From the human T2T-CHM13v2.0 reference genome, Homo sapiens, in assembly GCF_009914755.1 (NCBI RefSeq), contig NC_060933.1: a stretch of DNA of 64,000 bases, one strand, 5' to 3'. The notes beneath the pieces are model-generated. The model was not told the DNA's origin. It made no database searches and worked only from the letters and a program-made list of their open reading frames with translations. Every line of letters begins with the position of its first letter. Positions within the stretch are counted from its first letter, which is position 1. The position numbers and the translations under genes are program-made. Of the stretch, positions 42,361 to 58,600 are shown one piece after another.

Positions 42361-45300
42361 GGAATGGAATGGAATGAAATGGAATGGATTGGAATCAACT
42401 CGATTGCAATCGAAGGGAATGGAATGGCATTAACCTGAATAGAATGGAATGGAATGGAATGGAACGTAACGGAACGGAATGGAATGGAATGGAATGGAAT
42501 GGTATGGAATGGAACGGCATGGTACGGAATAGAATGGAATGGAACGAATTGTAATGGAATGGAATTGAATGGAATGGAATGGAATGGAATGGAATGCAAT
42601 CAACTTGAGTGCAGGGGAATGTAATGGAACGGAATGCAATGGAATGGAATCATCCGGAATGGAATGGAATGGAATGGAATGGAATGGAATGGAATGGAAT
42701 CAACCCGAGTGCAATGGAATGGAGTGGAATGGAAAGGAATGGAATGGAACAACCCGAATGGAATGGAATGTAATGGAGAGTAAGGGAGTTGAATAGAATC
42801 AATTCGAATGTAATGGAATGGAATGCAACGGAATGGAATGGAATGGAATGGAATGCAATGGAATGGAATCAACCCGAGTACAATGGAATGGAATGGAATG
42901 GAATGGAATGGAAAGGAATGGAATGGAATGGAATGATACGGAATAGAATGGAATGGAACGAAATGGAATGGAATGGAATGGAATGGAATGGAATGGAATG
43001 GAATGGAATGGAATGGAATCAATGCGAGTGCAGGGGAATGGAATGGAATGGAATGCAATGCAATGGAATCTTCCGGAATGGAATGGAATGGAATGGAATG
43101 GAATGAAATGCAATGGATTCAACACGATTGCAATGGAATGGAATAGAATGGAATGGAATTGAATGGAATGGAATTAACCCAAATAGAATGGAATGGAATG
43201 CAATGGAACGGAATGGAACGGAATGGAATGGAATGGAATGGAATGGAATGGTATGGAATGGAATGGAATGGTACGGAATAGAATGGAATGGAACGAATTG
43301 TAATGGAATGGAATTGAATGGAATGGAATGGAATCAACGCGAGTACAGGGGAATGTAATGGAACGGAATGCAATGGAATGGAATCATCGGAATGGAATGG
43401 AATGGAATGGAATGGAATCAACCCGAGTGCAATGGAATGGAGTGGAATTGAATGGAATGGAATGGAACAACCCGAATGGAATGGAATGTAATGGAGACTA
43501 AGGGAGTTGAATAGAATCAATCCGAATGTAATGGAATGGAATGCAACGGAATGGAATGGAATGGAATGGAACGGAATGCAATGGAATGGAATCAACCCGA
43601 GTACAATGGAATGGAATGGAATGGAATGCAATGGAATGGAATGGAATGGAATGGAATGCCTTCAAACGGAATGGAATGGAAAGGAATGGAATCAACACGA
43701 GTGGAATGGAATGGAATGTAATGGAATGGAACGGAATGGAATGGAATGATACGTAATAGAATGGAATGGAACGAAATGGAATGGAATGGAATGGAATGGA
43801 ATGGAATGGAATGGAATGGAATCGTTCCGAGTGGAATAGGAGGGAATGTATTCGAGTGGAATGGAAAGGAATTTAATCAACCAGAGTGGAATGGAAGGGA
43901 ATGGAATGGAATGGAAACTAATAGAATGGAATCAACCCGAGTGGAATGGAATGGAAAGGACTGGAAAGGAATGGAATGGAATGGAATGGAATTAACCCGA
44001 ATACAATGCAATGGAATGGAATGGAACGGAATGGAGTGGAATGGAATGGAATCAACCCGAGTGCAGGGGAATGGAATGGAATGGAATGCAATGGAATGGA
44101 ATCATCCGGAATGGAATGGAATGGAATGGAATGCAAAGCAATGGAATCAACTCGATTGCAATGGAATGGAATGGAATGGAAAGGAATACATTGGAATCAA
44201 CCCGAGTGGAATGGAATGGAAAGGACTGGAATGGAGTGGAATGGAATGGAATGGAATGGAATGGAATCAACTCGATTGGAATGGAATGGAATGGAATGGA
44301 ATGGAATGGAATTAACCCGAATAGAATGGAATGGAATGGAATGGAATGGAATGGAACGGAACGGAACGGAATGGAATGGAATGGAATGGAATGGAATGGA
44401 ATGGAATGGAATCAACCCGACTGCAGGGGAATGGTATGGAATGGAATGCAATGGAATGGATTCAACTTGAATGAAATGGAAAGAATGGAATCAACACGAG
44501 TGGAATGGCATGGATTGGAATGGAATGGAATGGAATGAACCCGAGTACAGGGGAATGCAATGGAATGGAATGCAATGGAATGGAATCATCCGTAATGTAA
44601 TGGAAAGGAATGGAATGGAATGGAATGGAATGGAATGGAATGGAATGGAATCAACTCGATTGCAATCGAATGGAATGGAATGGAATTAACCCGAATAGAA
44701 AGGAATGGAATGGAATGGAACGGAACGGAACGGAACGGAATGGAATGGAATGGAATGGAACGGAAAGGAATGGAATGGAATGGAATGGAATGGAATGGAA
44801 TGGAATGGAATCAACGCGAGTGCAGGGGAATGGAATGGAATGGAATGCAATGGAATGGAATCTTCCGGAATGGAATGGAATGGAATGGAATGGAATGGAA
44901 TGGAATGGAATAAACCCGAATGCAATGGAATGGAGTGGAATGGAATGGAATGGAATGGAACAGCCCGAATGGAATGGAATGTAATCGAGAGTAAGGGAGT
45001 TGAATAGAATCAATCCGAATGTAATGGAATGGAATGGAACGGAATGGAATTGAATGGAATGGAATGGAATGCAATGGAATGGAATCAACCCGAGTGCAAT
45101 GGAATGGAGAGGAATGGAATGGAATGGAATGGAAACTACCCGAATGGAATGGAATGTAATGGAGAGTAAGGGAATTGAATAGAATCAATCTGAATGTAAT
45201 GGAATGGAATGGAACGGAATGGAATGGAATGTAATGGAATGCAATGGAATGGAATCAACCCGAGTGCAATCGAATGGAATCGAATGGAATGGAATGCAAT

Positions 45301-46674
45301 GGAATGGATTCAACTTGAATGGAATGGAAAGAATGGAATCAACACGAGTGGAAGGGCATGGATTGGAATGCAATGGAATAGAATCAACCCGAGTACAGGG
45401 GAATGGAATGGAATGGAATGCAATGGAATGGAATCATCCGTAATGGAATGGAAAGGAATGGAATGGAATGGAATGGAACGGAATGGAATCAACACGATTG
45501 CAATCGAATGGAATGGAATGGAATTAACCCGAATAGAATGGAATGGAATGGAATGGAACGGAACGGAACGGAATGGAATGGAATGGAATGGAATGGAACG
45601 GAACGGAACGGAATGGAATGGAATGGAATGGAATGGAATGGAATGGAAAGAACGCGAGTGCAGGGGAATGGAATGGAATGGAATGCAATGGAATGGAATC
45701 TTCCGGAATGCAATGGAATGGAATGGAATGGAATGGAATGGAATGGAATCAACTCGATTGCAATCGAATGGAATGGAATGGAATTAACCCGAATAGAATG
45801 GAATGGAATGGAATGGAACGGAACGGAACGTAACGAAACGGAACGCAATGGAATGGAATGGAATGGAATGGAATGGAATGGAACGGAAAGGAATGGAATG
45901 GAACGGAATGGAATGGAATGGAATGGAATGGAATCAACGCGAGTGCAGGGGAATGGAATGTAATGGAATGCAATGGAATGGAATCTTCCGGAATGGAATG
46001 GAATGGAATGGAATGGAATGGAATCAACGCTAGTGCAGGGGAATGGAGTGGAATGGAATGCAATGGAATGGAATCTTCCGGAATGGAATGGAATGGAATG
46101 GAATGGAATGAAATGCAATGGATTCAACTCGATTGCAATGGAATGGAATAGAATGGAATGGAATGGAATGGAATGGAATGGAATTAACCCGAATAGAATG
46201 GAATGGAATGCAATGGAAAGGAATGGAACGGAATGCAATGGAACGGAATGGAACGGAATGGAAAGGAATGGAATGGAATGGAATGGAATGGTATGGAATG
46301 GAATGGAATGGTACGGAATAGAATGGAATGTAACGAATTGTAATGGAATGGAATTGAATGGAATGGAATGGAATCAACGCGAGTGCAGGGGAATGTAATG
46401 GAACGGAATGCAATGGAATGGAATCATCCGGAATGGAATGGAATGGAATGGAATGGAGTAGAATGGAATCATCCCGAGTGCAATGGAATGGAGTGGAATG
46501 GAATGGAATGGAATGGAACAACCCGAACGGAATGGAATGTAATGGAGAGTAAGGGAGTTGAATAGAATCAATCCGAATGTAATGGAATGGAATGCAACGG
46601 AATGGAATGGAATGGAATGCAATGGAATGCAATCAACCCGAGTACAATGGAATGGAATGGAATGGAATGGAATG

Positions 46675-49600
46675 GAATGGAATGCCTTCAAACCGAATGG
46701 AGTGGAAAGGAATGGAATCAACACGAGTGGAATGGAATGGAATGGAATGGAATGGAATGGAATGGAATGGAATGATACGGAATAGAATGGAATGGAACGA
46801 AATGGAATGGAATGGAATGGAATGGAATGGAATGGAATGGAATCGTTCCGAGTGGAATAGGAGGGAATGTATTCGAGTGGAATGCAAAGGAATGGAATCA
46901 ACCAGAGTGGAATGGAAGGGAATGGAATGGAATGGAAACTAATAGAATGAAATCAACCCGAGTGGAATGGAATGGAAAGGACTGGAATGGAATGGAATGG
47001 AATGGAATTGAATGGAATCAACTCGATTGGAATGGAATGGAATGGAATGGAATAGAATTAACCCGAATACAGTGGAATGGAATGGAATGGAACGGAATGG
47101 AGTTGAATGGAATGGAATCAACCCGAGTGCAGGGGAATGGAATGGAATGGAATGCAATGGAATGGAATCATCCGGAATGGAATGGAATGGAATGGAATGC
47201 AAAGCAATGGAATCAACTCGATTGCAATGGAATGGAATGGAATGGAAAGGAATACATTGGAATCAACCCGAGTGGAATGGAATGGAAAGGACTGGAATGG
47301 AGTGGAATGGAATGGAATGGAATGGAATGGAATGGAATTAACCCGAATAGAATGGAATGGAATGGAATGGAACGGAACGGATCGGAATGGAATGGAATGG
47401 AATGGAATGGAATGGAATGGAATGGAATCAACCCAACTGCAGGGTAATGGAATGGAATGGAATGCAATGGAATGGATTCAACTTGAATGGAATGGAAAGA
47501 ATGGAATCAACACGAGTGGAAGGGCATGGATTGGAATGCAATGGAATGGAATCAACCCGAGTACAGGGGAATGGAATGGAATGGAATGCAATGGAATGGA
47601 ATCATCCGTAATGGAATGGAAAGGAATGGAATGGAATGGAATGGAATGGAATGGAATCAAGTCGATTGCAATCGAATGGAATGGAATGGAATTAACCCGA
47701 ATAGAATGGAATGGAATGGAATGGAACGGAACGGAACGGAATGGAATGGAATGGAATGGAATGGAACGGAAAGGAATGGAATGGAATGGAATGGAATGGA
47801 ATGGAATGGAATCAACGCGAGTGCAGGGGAATGGAATGGAATGGAATGCAATGGAATGGAATCTTCCGGAATGGAATGGAATGGAATGGAATGGAATGGA
47901 ATGGAATCAACCCGAATGCAATGGAATGGAGTGGAATGGAATGGAATGGAATGGAACAACCCGAATGGAATGGAATGTAATAGAGAGTAAGGGAGTTGAA
48001 TAGAATCAATCCGAATGTAATGGAATGGAATGGAACGGAATGGAATTGAATGGAATGGAATGGAATGCAATGGAATGGAATCAACCCGAGTGCAATGGAA
48101 TGGAGAGGAATGGAATGGAATGGAATGGAAACTACCCGAATGGAATGGAATGTAATGGAGTGTAAGGGAATTGAATAGAATCAATCCGAATGTAATGGAA
48201 TGGAATGGAACGGAATGGAATGGAATGGAATGGAATGGAATGGAATGGAATGCAATGGAATGGAATCAACCCGAGTGCAATCGAATGGAATCGAATGGAA
48301 TGGAATGCAATGGAATGGATTCAACTTGAATGGAATGGAAAGAATGGAATCAACACGAGTGGAAGGGCATGGATTGGAATGCAATGGAATGGAATCAACC
48401 CGAGTACAGGGGAATGGAATGGAATGGAATGCAATGGAATGGAATCATCCGTAATGGAATGGAAAGGAATGGAATGGAATGGAATGGAATGGAATGGAAT
48501 GGAATGGAATGGAATCAACACGATTGCAATCGAATGGAATGGAATCGAATTAACCCGTATAGAATGGAATGGAATGGAATGGAACGGAACGGAACGGAAC
48601 GGAATGGAATGGAATGGAATGGAAAGGAACGGAACGGAACGGAATGGAATGGAATGGAATGGAATGGAATGGAATCAACGCGAGTGCAGGGGAATGGAAT
48701 GGAATGGAATGCAATGGAATGGAATCTTCCGGAATTCAAAGGAATGGAATGGAATGGAATGGAATGGAATCTACGCGAGTGCAGGAAAATGGAATGTAAT
48801 GGAATGCAATGGAATGGAATCTTCCGGAATGGAATGGAATGGAATGGAATGGAATCAACCCGAATGCAATGCAATGGAGTGGAATGGAATGGAATGGAAT
48901 GGAACAACCCGAATGGAATGGAATGTAATGGAGAGTAAGGGAGTTGAATAGAATCATTCCGAATGTAATGGAATGGAATGGAACGGAATGGAATTGAATG
49001 GAATGGAATGGAATGCAATGGAATGGAATCAACCCGAGTGCAATGGAATGGAGAGGAATGGAATGGAATCAAATGGAAACTACCCGATTGGAATGGAATT
49101 TAATGGAGTGTAAGGGAATTGAATAGAATCAATCCGAATGTAATGGAATGGAACGGAATGGAATGGAATGGAATGGAATGGAATGGAATGGAATGGAATC
49201 AACCCGAGTGCAATCGAATGGAATCGAATGGAATGCAATGCAATGGAATGGATTCAACTTGAATGGAATGGAAAGAATGGAATCAACACGAGTGGAATGG
49301 CATGGATTGGAATGGAATGGAATGGAATCAACCCGAGTACAGGGGAATGGAATGGAATGGAATGCAATGGAATGGAATCATCCGTAATGGAATGGAAAGG
49401 AATGGAATGGAATGGAATGGAATGGAATGGAATGGAATCAACTCGATTGAAATCGAATGGAATGGAATGGAATTAACCCAAATAGAATGGAATGGAATGG
49501 AATGGAACGGAACGGAATGGAATGGAATGGAATGGAATGGAATGGAACGGAACGGAACGGAACGGAATGGAATGGAATGGAATGGAATGGAATGGAATCA

Positions 49601-52600
49601 ACGCGAGTGCAGGGGAATGGAAAGGAATGGAATGCAATGGAATGGAATCTTCCGGAATAGAATGGAATGGAATGGAATGAAATGCAATGGATTCAACTCG
49701 ATTGCAATGGAATGGAATAGAATGGATTGGAATGGAATGGAATGGAATTAACCCGAATAGAATGGAATAGAATGGAATGGAACGGAATGGAACGGAATGG
49801 AATGGAATGGAATGGAATGGAATGGAATGGAATGGTATGGAATGGAATGGAATGGTACGGAATAGAATGGAATGGACCGAATTGTAATGGAATGGATTTG
49901 AATGGAATGGAATGGAATGGAATGGAATCAAAGCGAGTGCAAGGGAATGTAATGGAACGGAATGCAATGGAATGGAATCATCCGGAATGGAATGGAATGG
50001 AATGGAATGGAATCAACCCGAGTGCAATGGAATGGAGTGGAATGGAATGGAAAGGAATGGAACAACCCGAATGGAATGGAATGTAATGGAGAGTAAGGGA
50101 GTTGAATAGAATCAATCCGAATGTAATGGAATGGAATGCAACGGAATGGAATGGAAAGGAATGGAATGGAATGGAATGGAATGGATTGGAATGCAATGGA
50201 ATGGAATCAACCCGAGTTCAATGGAATGGAATGGAATGGAATGGAATGGAATGGAATGGAATGGAGTGGAATTGAATTTAATGGAATGCTTTCAAACCGA
50301 ATGGAATGGAAAGGAATGGAATCAACACGAGTGGAATGGAATGGAATGGAAAGGAATGGAATGGAATGGAATGGTACGGAATAGAATGGAATGGAACGAA
50401 ATGGAATGGAATGGAATGGAATGGAATAGAATCGTTCCGAGTGGAATAGGAGGGAATGTACTCGAGTGGAATGGAAAGGAATGGAATCAACCAGAGTGGA
50501 ATGGAAGGGAATGGAATGGAATGGAAACTAATAGAATGGAATCAACCCGAGTGGAATGGAATGGAAAGGACTGGAATGGAATGGAATGGAATGGAATGGA
50601 ATGGAATGGAATCAACTCGATTGTAATGGTTTGGAATGGAATGGAATGGAATGGAATGGAATGGAATTAACCCGAATACAACGGAATGGAATGGAATGGA
50701 ATGGAATGGAGTGGAATCGAATGGAATCAACCCGAGTGCAGGGGAATGGAATGGAATGGAATGCAATGGAATGGAATCATCTGGAATGGAATGGAATGGA
50801 ATGCAATGCAAAGCAATGGAATCAACTCGATTGCAATGGAATGGAATGGAATGGAAAGGAATACATTGGAATCAACCCGAGTGGAATGGAATGGAAAGGA
50901 CTGGAAAGGAGTGGAATGGAATGGAATGGAATGGAATGGAATGGAATGGAATGGAATCAACTCGATTGGAATGGAATGGAATGGAATGGAATGGAATGGA
51001 ATGGAATGGAATGGAATCAACCCGACTGAAGGGGAATGGAATGGAATGGAATGCAATGGAATGGATTCAACTTGAATGGAATGGAAAGAATGGAATCAAC
51101 ACGAGTGGAATGGCATGGATTGGAATGGAATGGAATGGAATCAACCCGAGTACAGGGGAATGGAATGGAATGGAATGCAATGGAATGGAATCATCCGTAA
51201 TGGAATGCAAAGGAATGGAATGGAATGGAATGGAATGGAATGGAATGGAATGGAATCAACTCGATTGCAATGGAATGGAATGGAATGGAATTAAACCGAA
51301 TAGAATGGAATGGAATGGAATGGAACGGAACGGAAGGGAATGGAATGGAACGGAACGGAATGGAACGGAACGGAACGGAATGGAATGGAATGGAATGGAA
51401 TGGAATGGAATGGAATCAACGCGAGTGCAGGGGAATGGAATGGAATGGAATGCAATGGAATGGAATCTTCCGGAATGCAATGGAATGGAATGGAATGGAA
51501 TGGAATGGAATGGAATGGAATGGAATCAACTCGATTGCAATCGAATGGAATGGAATGGAATTAACCCGAATAGAATGGAATGGAATGGAATGGAACGGAA
51601 CGGAATGGAACGGAATGGAATGGAATGGAATGGAATGCAATGGAACGGAAAGGAATGGAATGGAACGGAATGGAATGGAATGGAATGGAATCAACGCGAG
51701 TGCAGGGGAATGGAATGTAATGGAATGCAATGGAATGGAATCTTCCGGAATGGAATGGAATGGAATGGAATGGAATCAACCCGAGTGCAATGGAATGGAG
51801 TGGAATGGAATGGAATGGAATGGAACAACCCGAATGGAATGGAATGTAATGGAGAGTAAGGGAGTTGAATAGAATCATTCCGAATGTAATGGAATGGAAT
51901 GGAACGGAATGGAATTGAATGGAATGGAATGGAATGCAGTGGAATGGAATCAACCCGAGTGCAATGGAATGGAGAGGAATGGAATGGAATCGAATGGAAA
52001 CTACCCGAATGGAATGGAATGTAATGGAGTGTAAGGGAATTGAATAGAATCAATCCGAATGGAATGGAATGGAATGGAATGGAATGGAATCAACCAGAGT
52101 GCAATCGAATGGAATCGAATGGAAAGCAATGCAATGGAATGGATTAAAGTTGAATGGAATGGAAAGAATGGAACCAACACGAGTGGAATGGCATGGATTG
52201 GAATGGAATGGAATGGAATCAACCCGAGTACAGGGGAATGGAATGGAATGGAATGCAATGGAATGGAATCATCCGTAATGGAATGGAAAGGAATGGAATG
52301 GAATGGAATGGAATGGAATGGAATGGAATGGAATCAACTCGATTGCAATCGAATGGAATGGAATGGAATTAACCCAAATAGAATGGAATGGAATGGAATG
52401 GAACGGAACGGAATGGAATGGAATGGAATGGAATGGAATGGAACGGAACGGAACGGAACGGAATGGAATGGAATGGAATGGAATGGAATGGAATGGAATC
52501 AACGCGTGTGCAGGGGAATGGAACGGAATGGAATGCAATGGAATGGAATCTTCCGGAATGGAATGGATTGGAATGGTATGAAATGCAATGGATTCAACTC

Positions 52601-55600
52601 GATTGCAATGGAATGGAATAGAATGGAATGGAATAGAATGGAATGGAATTAACCCGAATAGAATGGAATGGAATGGAATGGAATGGAATGGAACGGAATG
52701 GAATGGAATGGAATGGAATGGAATGGAATGGAATGGTATGGAATGGAATGGAATGGTACGGAATAGAATGGAATGCAACGAATTGTAATGGAATGGAATT
52801 GAATGGAATGGAATGGAATGGAATGGAATCAACGCGAGTGCAAGGGAATGTAATGGAACGGAATGCAATGGAATGGAATCATCCGGAATGGAATGGAATG
52901 GAATGGAATGGAATCAACCCGAGTGCAATGGAATGGAGTGGAATGGAATGGAATGGAATGGAACAACCCGAATGGAATGGAATGTAATGGAGAGTAAGGG
53001 AGTTGAATAGAATCAATCCGAATGTAATGGAACGGAATGCAACGGAATGGAATGGAATGGAATGGAATGGAATGGAATGGAATGGAATGGAATGCAATGG
53101 AATGGAATCAACCCGAGTTGAATGGAATGGAATGGAATGGAATGGAATGGAATTGAATGGAGTGGAATTGAATGGAATGGAATGCTTTCAAACCGAATGG
53201 AATGGAAAGGAATGGAATCAACACGAGTGGAATGGAATGGAATGGAAAGGAATGGAATGGAATGGAATGGTACGGAATAGAATGGAATGGAACGAAATGG
53301 AATGGAATGGAATGGAATGGAATGGAATGGAATAGAATCGTTCCGAGTGGAATAGGAGGGAATGTATTCGAGTGGAATGGAAAGGAATGGAATCAACCAG
53401 AGTGGAATGGAAGGGAATGGAATGGAATGGAAACTAATAGAATGGAATCAACCCGAGTGGAATGGAATGGAAAGGACTGGAATGGAATGGAATGGAATGG
53501 AATGGAATGGAATGGAATCAACTCGATTGTAATGGATTGGAATGGAATGGAATGGAATGGAATGGAATGGAATGGAATGGAATTAACCCGAATACAACGG
53601 AATGTAATGGAATGGAAGGGAATGGAGTGGAATGGAATGGAATCAACCCGAGTGCAGGGGAATGGAATGGAATGGAATGCAATGGAATGGAATCATCCGT
53701 AATGGAATGGAAAGGAATGGAATGGAATGGAATGGAATGGAATGGAATGGAATGGAATGGAATCTACTCGATTGCAATGGAATGGAATGGAATGGAATTA
53801 ACCCGAATAGAATGGAATGGAATGGAATGGAACGGAACGGAATGGAATGGAACGGAATGGAATGGAACGGAACGGAACGGAACGGAATGGAATGGAATGG
53901 AATGGAATGGAATGGAATCAACGCGAGTGCAGGGGAATGGAATGGAATGGAATGCAATGGAATGGAATCTTCCGGAATGCAATGGAATGGAATGGAAGGG
54001 AATGGAATGGAATGGAATGGAATCAACTCGATTGCAATCGAATGGAATGGAATGGAATTAACCCGAATAGAATGGAATGGAATGGAATGGAACGGAACGG
54101 AACGGAACGGAATGGAATGGAATGGAATGGAACGGAAAGGAAAGGAATGGAACGGAATGGAATGGAATGGAATGGAATGGAATGGAATCAACGCGAGTGC
54201 AGGGGAATGGAATGTAATGGAATGCAATGGAATGGAATCTTCCGGAATGGAATGGAATGGAATGGAATGGAATCAACCCGAGTGCAATGGAATGGAGTGG
54301 AATGGAATGGAATGGAATGGAACAACCCGAATGGAATGGAATGTAATGGAGAGTAAGGGAGTTGAATAGAATCATTCCGAATGTAATGGAACGGAATGGA
54401 ACGGAATGGAATTGAATGGAATGGAATGCAATGCAATGGAATGGAATCAACCCGAGTGCAATGGAATGGAGAGGAATGGAATGGAATCGAATGGAAACTA
54501 CCCGAATGGAATGGAATGTAATGGAGTGTAAGGGAATTGAATAGAATCAATCCGAATGTAATGGAATGGAATGGAACGGAATGGAATGGAATGGAATGGA
54601 ATGGAATGGAATGGAATGGAATCAACCCGAGTGCAATCGAATGGAATCGAATGGAATGCAATGCAATGGAATGGATTCAACTTGAATGGAATGGAAAGAA
54701 TGGAATCAACACGAGTGGAATGGCATGGATTGGAATGCAATGGAATGGAATCAACCCGAGTACAGGGGAATGCAATGGAATGGAATGCAATGGAATGGAA
54801 TCATCCGTAATGGAATGGAAAGGAATGGAATGGAATGGAATGGAATGGAATGGAATGGAATGGAATCAACTCGATTGCAATCGAATGGAATGGAATGGAA
54901 TTAACCCAAATAGAATGGAATGGAATGGAATAGAACGGAACGGAATGGAATGGAATGGAATGGAATGGAATGGAACGGAACGGAACGGAACGGAACGGAA
55001 TGGAATGGAATGGAATGGAATCAACGTGAGTGCAGGGGAATGGAATGGAACGGAATGCAATGGAATGGAATCATCCGGAATGGAATGGTATGGAATGGAA
55101 TGGAATCAACTCGATTGCAATCGAATGGAATGGAATGGAATTAACCCGAATAGAATGGAATGGAATGGAATGGAATGGAATGGAATGGAATGGAATGGAA
55201 TGGTATGGAATGGAATGGAATGGTACGGAATAGAATGGAATGGAACGAATTGTAATGGAATGGAATTGAATGGAATGGAATGGAATGGAATGGAATGGAA
55301 TCAACGTGAGTGCAGGGGAATGTAATGGAACGGAATGCAATGGAATGGAATGATCCGGAATGGAATGGTATGGAATGGAATGGAATGGAATCAACCCGAG
55401 TGCAATGGAATGGAGTGGAATGGAATGGAATGGAATGGAACAACCCGAATGGAATGGAATGTAATGGAGAGTAAGGGAGTTGAATAGAATCAATCCGAAT
55501 GTAATGGAATGGAATGCAACGGAATGGAATGGAATGGAATGGAATGGAATGCAATGGAATGCAATCAACCCGAGTACAATGGAATGGAATGGAATGGAAT

Positions 55601-58600
55601 GGAATGGAATGGAATGGAATGGAATGGAATTGAATGGAATGGAATGGAATGATACGGAATAGAATGGAATGGAAAGAAATGGAATGGAATGGAATGGAAT
55701 GGAATGCAATGGAATGGAATCGTTCCGAGTGGAATAGGAGGGAATGTATTCGAGTGGAATGGAAAGGAATGGAATCAACAAGAGTGGAATGGAAGGGAAT
55801 GGAATGGAATGGAAACTAATAGAATGGAATCAACCCGAGTGGAATGGAATGGAAAGGACTGCAATGGAATGGAATGGAATGGAATCAACTCGATTGTAAT
55901 GGAATGGAATGGAATGGAAAGGAATGGAATGGAATGGAATTAACCCGAATACAATGGAAGGGAATGGAATGGAATGGAAACTAATAGAATGGAATCAACC
56001 CGAGTGGAATGGAATGCAAAGGACTGGAATGGAATGGAATGGAATGGAATCAACTCGATTGTAATGGAATGGAATGGAATGGAATGGAATGGAATGGAAT
56101 GGAATTAACCCGAATACAATGGAATGGAATGGAAAGGAATGGAATGGAGGGGAATGGAATGGAATCAACCTGAGTGCAGGGGAATGGAATGGAATGGAAT
56201 GCAATGGAATGGAATCATCCGGAATGGAATGGAATGGAATGGAATGCAAAGCAATGGAATCAACTCGATTGCAGTGGAATGGAATGGAATGGAAAGGAAT
56301 ACATTGGAATCAACCCGAGTGGAATGGAATGGAAAGGACTGGAATGGAGTGGAATGGAATGGAATGCAATGGAATGGAATGGAATGGAATCAACTTGATT
56401 GGAATGCAATGGAATGGAATGGAATGGAATGGAATCAACCCGAGTACAGGGGAATGGAATGGAGTGGAATGCAATGGAATGGAATCATCCGTAATGGAAT
56501 GGAATGGAATGGAATGGAATGGAATGGAATGGAATGGAATGGAATCAACTCGATTGCAATAGAATGGAATGGAATGGAATTTACCCAAATAGAATGGAAA
56601 GGAATGGAATGGAACGGAACGGAATGGAATGGAATGGAATGGAATGGAGTGGACCGGAACGGAATGGAACGGAATGGAATGGAATGGAATCAACTCGATT
56701 GCAATCGAATGGAATGGAATGGAATTAACCCGAATAGAATGGAATGGAATGGAATGGAACGGAACGGAATGGAATGGAATGGAATGGAACGGAACGGAAT
56801 GGAATGGAATGGAATGGAATGGAATCAACGCGAGTGCAGGGGAATGGAATGGAATGGAATGCAATGGAATGGAAACTTCCGGAATGGAATGGAATGGAAT
56901 GGAATGGAATGAAATGCAATGGATTCAACTCGATTGCAATGGAATGGAATAGAATGGAATGAAATGGAATGCAAAGCAATTAATACGAATAGAATGGAAT
57001 GGAATGGAATGGAACGGAATGGAACGGAATGGAATGCAATGGAATGGAATGGAATGGTACGGAATAGAATGGAATGGAACGAATTGTAATGGAATGGAAT
57101 TGAATGGAATGGAATGGAATGGAATCAACGCGAGTGCAGGGGAATGTAATGGAACGGAATGCAATGGAATGGAATCATCCGGAATGGAATGGAATGGAAT
57201 GGAATGGAATGGAATCAACCCGAGTGCAATGGAATGGAGTGGAATGGAATGGAATGGAATGGAACAACCCGAATGGAATGGAATGTAATGGAGAGTAAGG
57301 GAGTTGAAAAGAATCAATCCGAATGTAATGGAATGGAATGCAACGGAATGGAATGGAATGGAATGGAATGGAATGGAATTAACCCGAATAGAATGGAATG
57401 GAATGGAATGGAACGGAATGGAACGGAATGGAACGGAATGGAATGGAATGGAATGGAATCAACGCGAGTGCAGGGGAATGGAATGGAATGGAATACAATG
57501 GAATGGAATCTTCCGGAATGGAAAGGAATGGAATGGAATGGAATCAACCCGAGTGCAATGGAATGGATTGGAATGGAATGGAATGGAATGGAACAACCCG
57601 AATGGAATGGAATGTAATGGAGAGTAAGGGAGTTGAATAGAATCAATCCGAATGTAATGGAATGGAATGGAACGGAATGGAATAGAATGGAATGGAATGG
57701 AATGCAATGGAATGGAATCAACCCGAGTTCAATGAAATGGAGAGGAATGGAATGGAATGGAATGGAAACTACCCGAATGGAATGGAATGTAATGGAGTGT
57801 AAGGGAATTGAAAAGAATCAATCCGAAAGTAATGGAATGGAATGGAATGGAATGGAATGGAATGGAATGGAATGCAATGGAATGGAATCAACCCTAGTGC
57901 AATCGAATGGAATCGAATGGAATGGAATGCAATGGAATGGATTCAACTTGAATGGAATGGAAAGAATGGAATCAACACGAGTGGAATGACATGGATTGGA
58001 ATGGATTGGAATGGAATCAACCCGAGTACAGGGGAATGGAATGGAATGGAATCAACTCGATTGCAATCGAATGGAATGGAATGGAATTAACCCGAATAGA
58101 ATGGAATGGAATGGAATGGAACGGAACGGAATGGAATGGAATGGAATGGAATGGAATGGAACGGAAAGGAAGGGAATGGAATGGAATAGAATGGAATGGA
58201 ATGGAATCAACGCGAGTGCAGGGGAATGGAATGGAATGGAATGCAATGGAATGGAATCTTCCGGAATGGAATGGAATGGAATGGAATGGAATGGAATCAA
58301 CCCGAGTGCAATGGAATGGAGTGGAATGGAATGGAATGGAATGGAACAACCCGAATGGAATGGAATGTAATGGAGAGTAAGGGAGTTGAATAGAATCAAT
58401 CCGAATGTAATGGAATGGAATGGAACGGAATGGAATTGAATGGAATGGAATGGAATGCAATGGAATGGAATCAACCCGAGTGCAATGGAATGGAGAGGAA
58501 TGGAATGGAATGGAATGGAAACTACCCGAATGGAATGGAATGTAATGGAGTGTAAGGGAATTGAATAGAATCAATCCGAATGTAATGGAATGGAATGGAA

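Noticed and set aside
7130-48737. Rare EcoRI sites (7130, 9252, 31823, 48732) as a regular higher-order period
   Set aside because: Spacing is irregular; the sites are two point variants propagated by the duplications already described.
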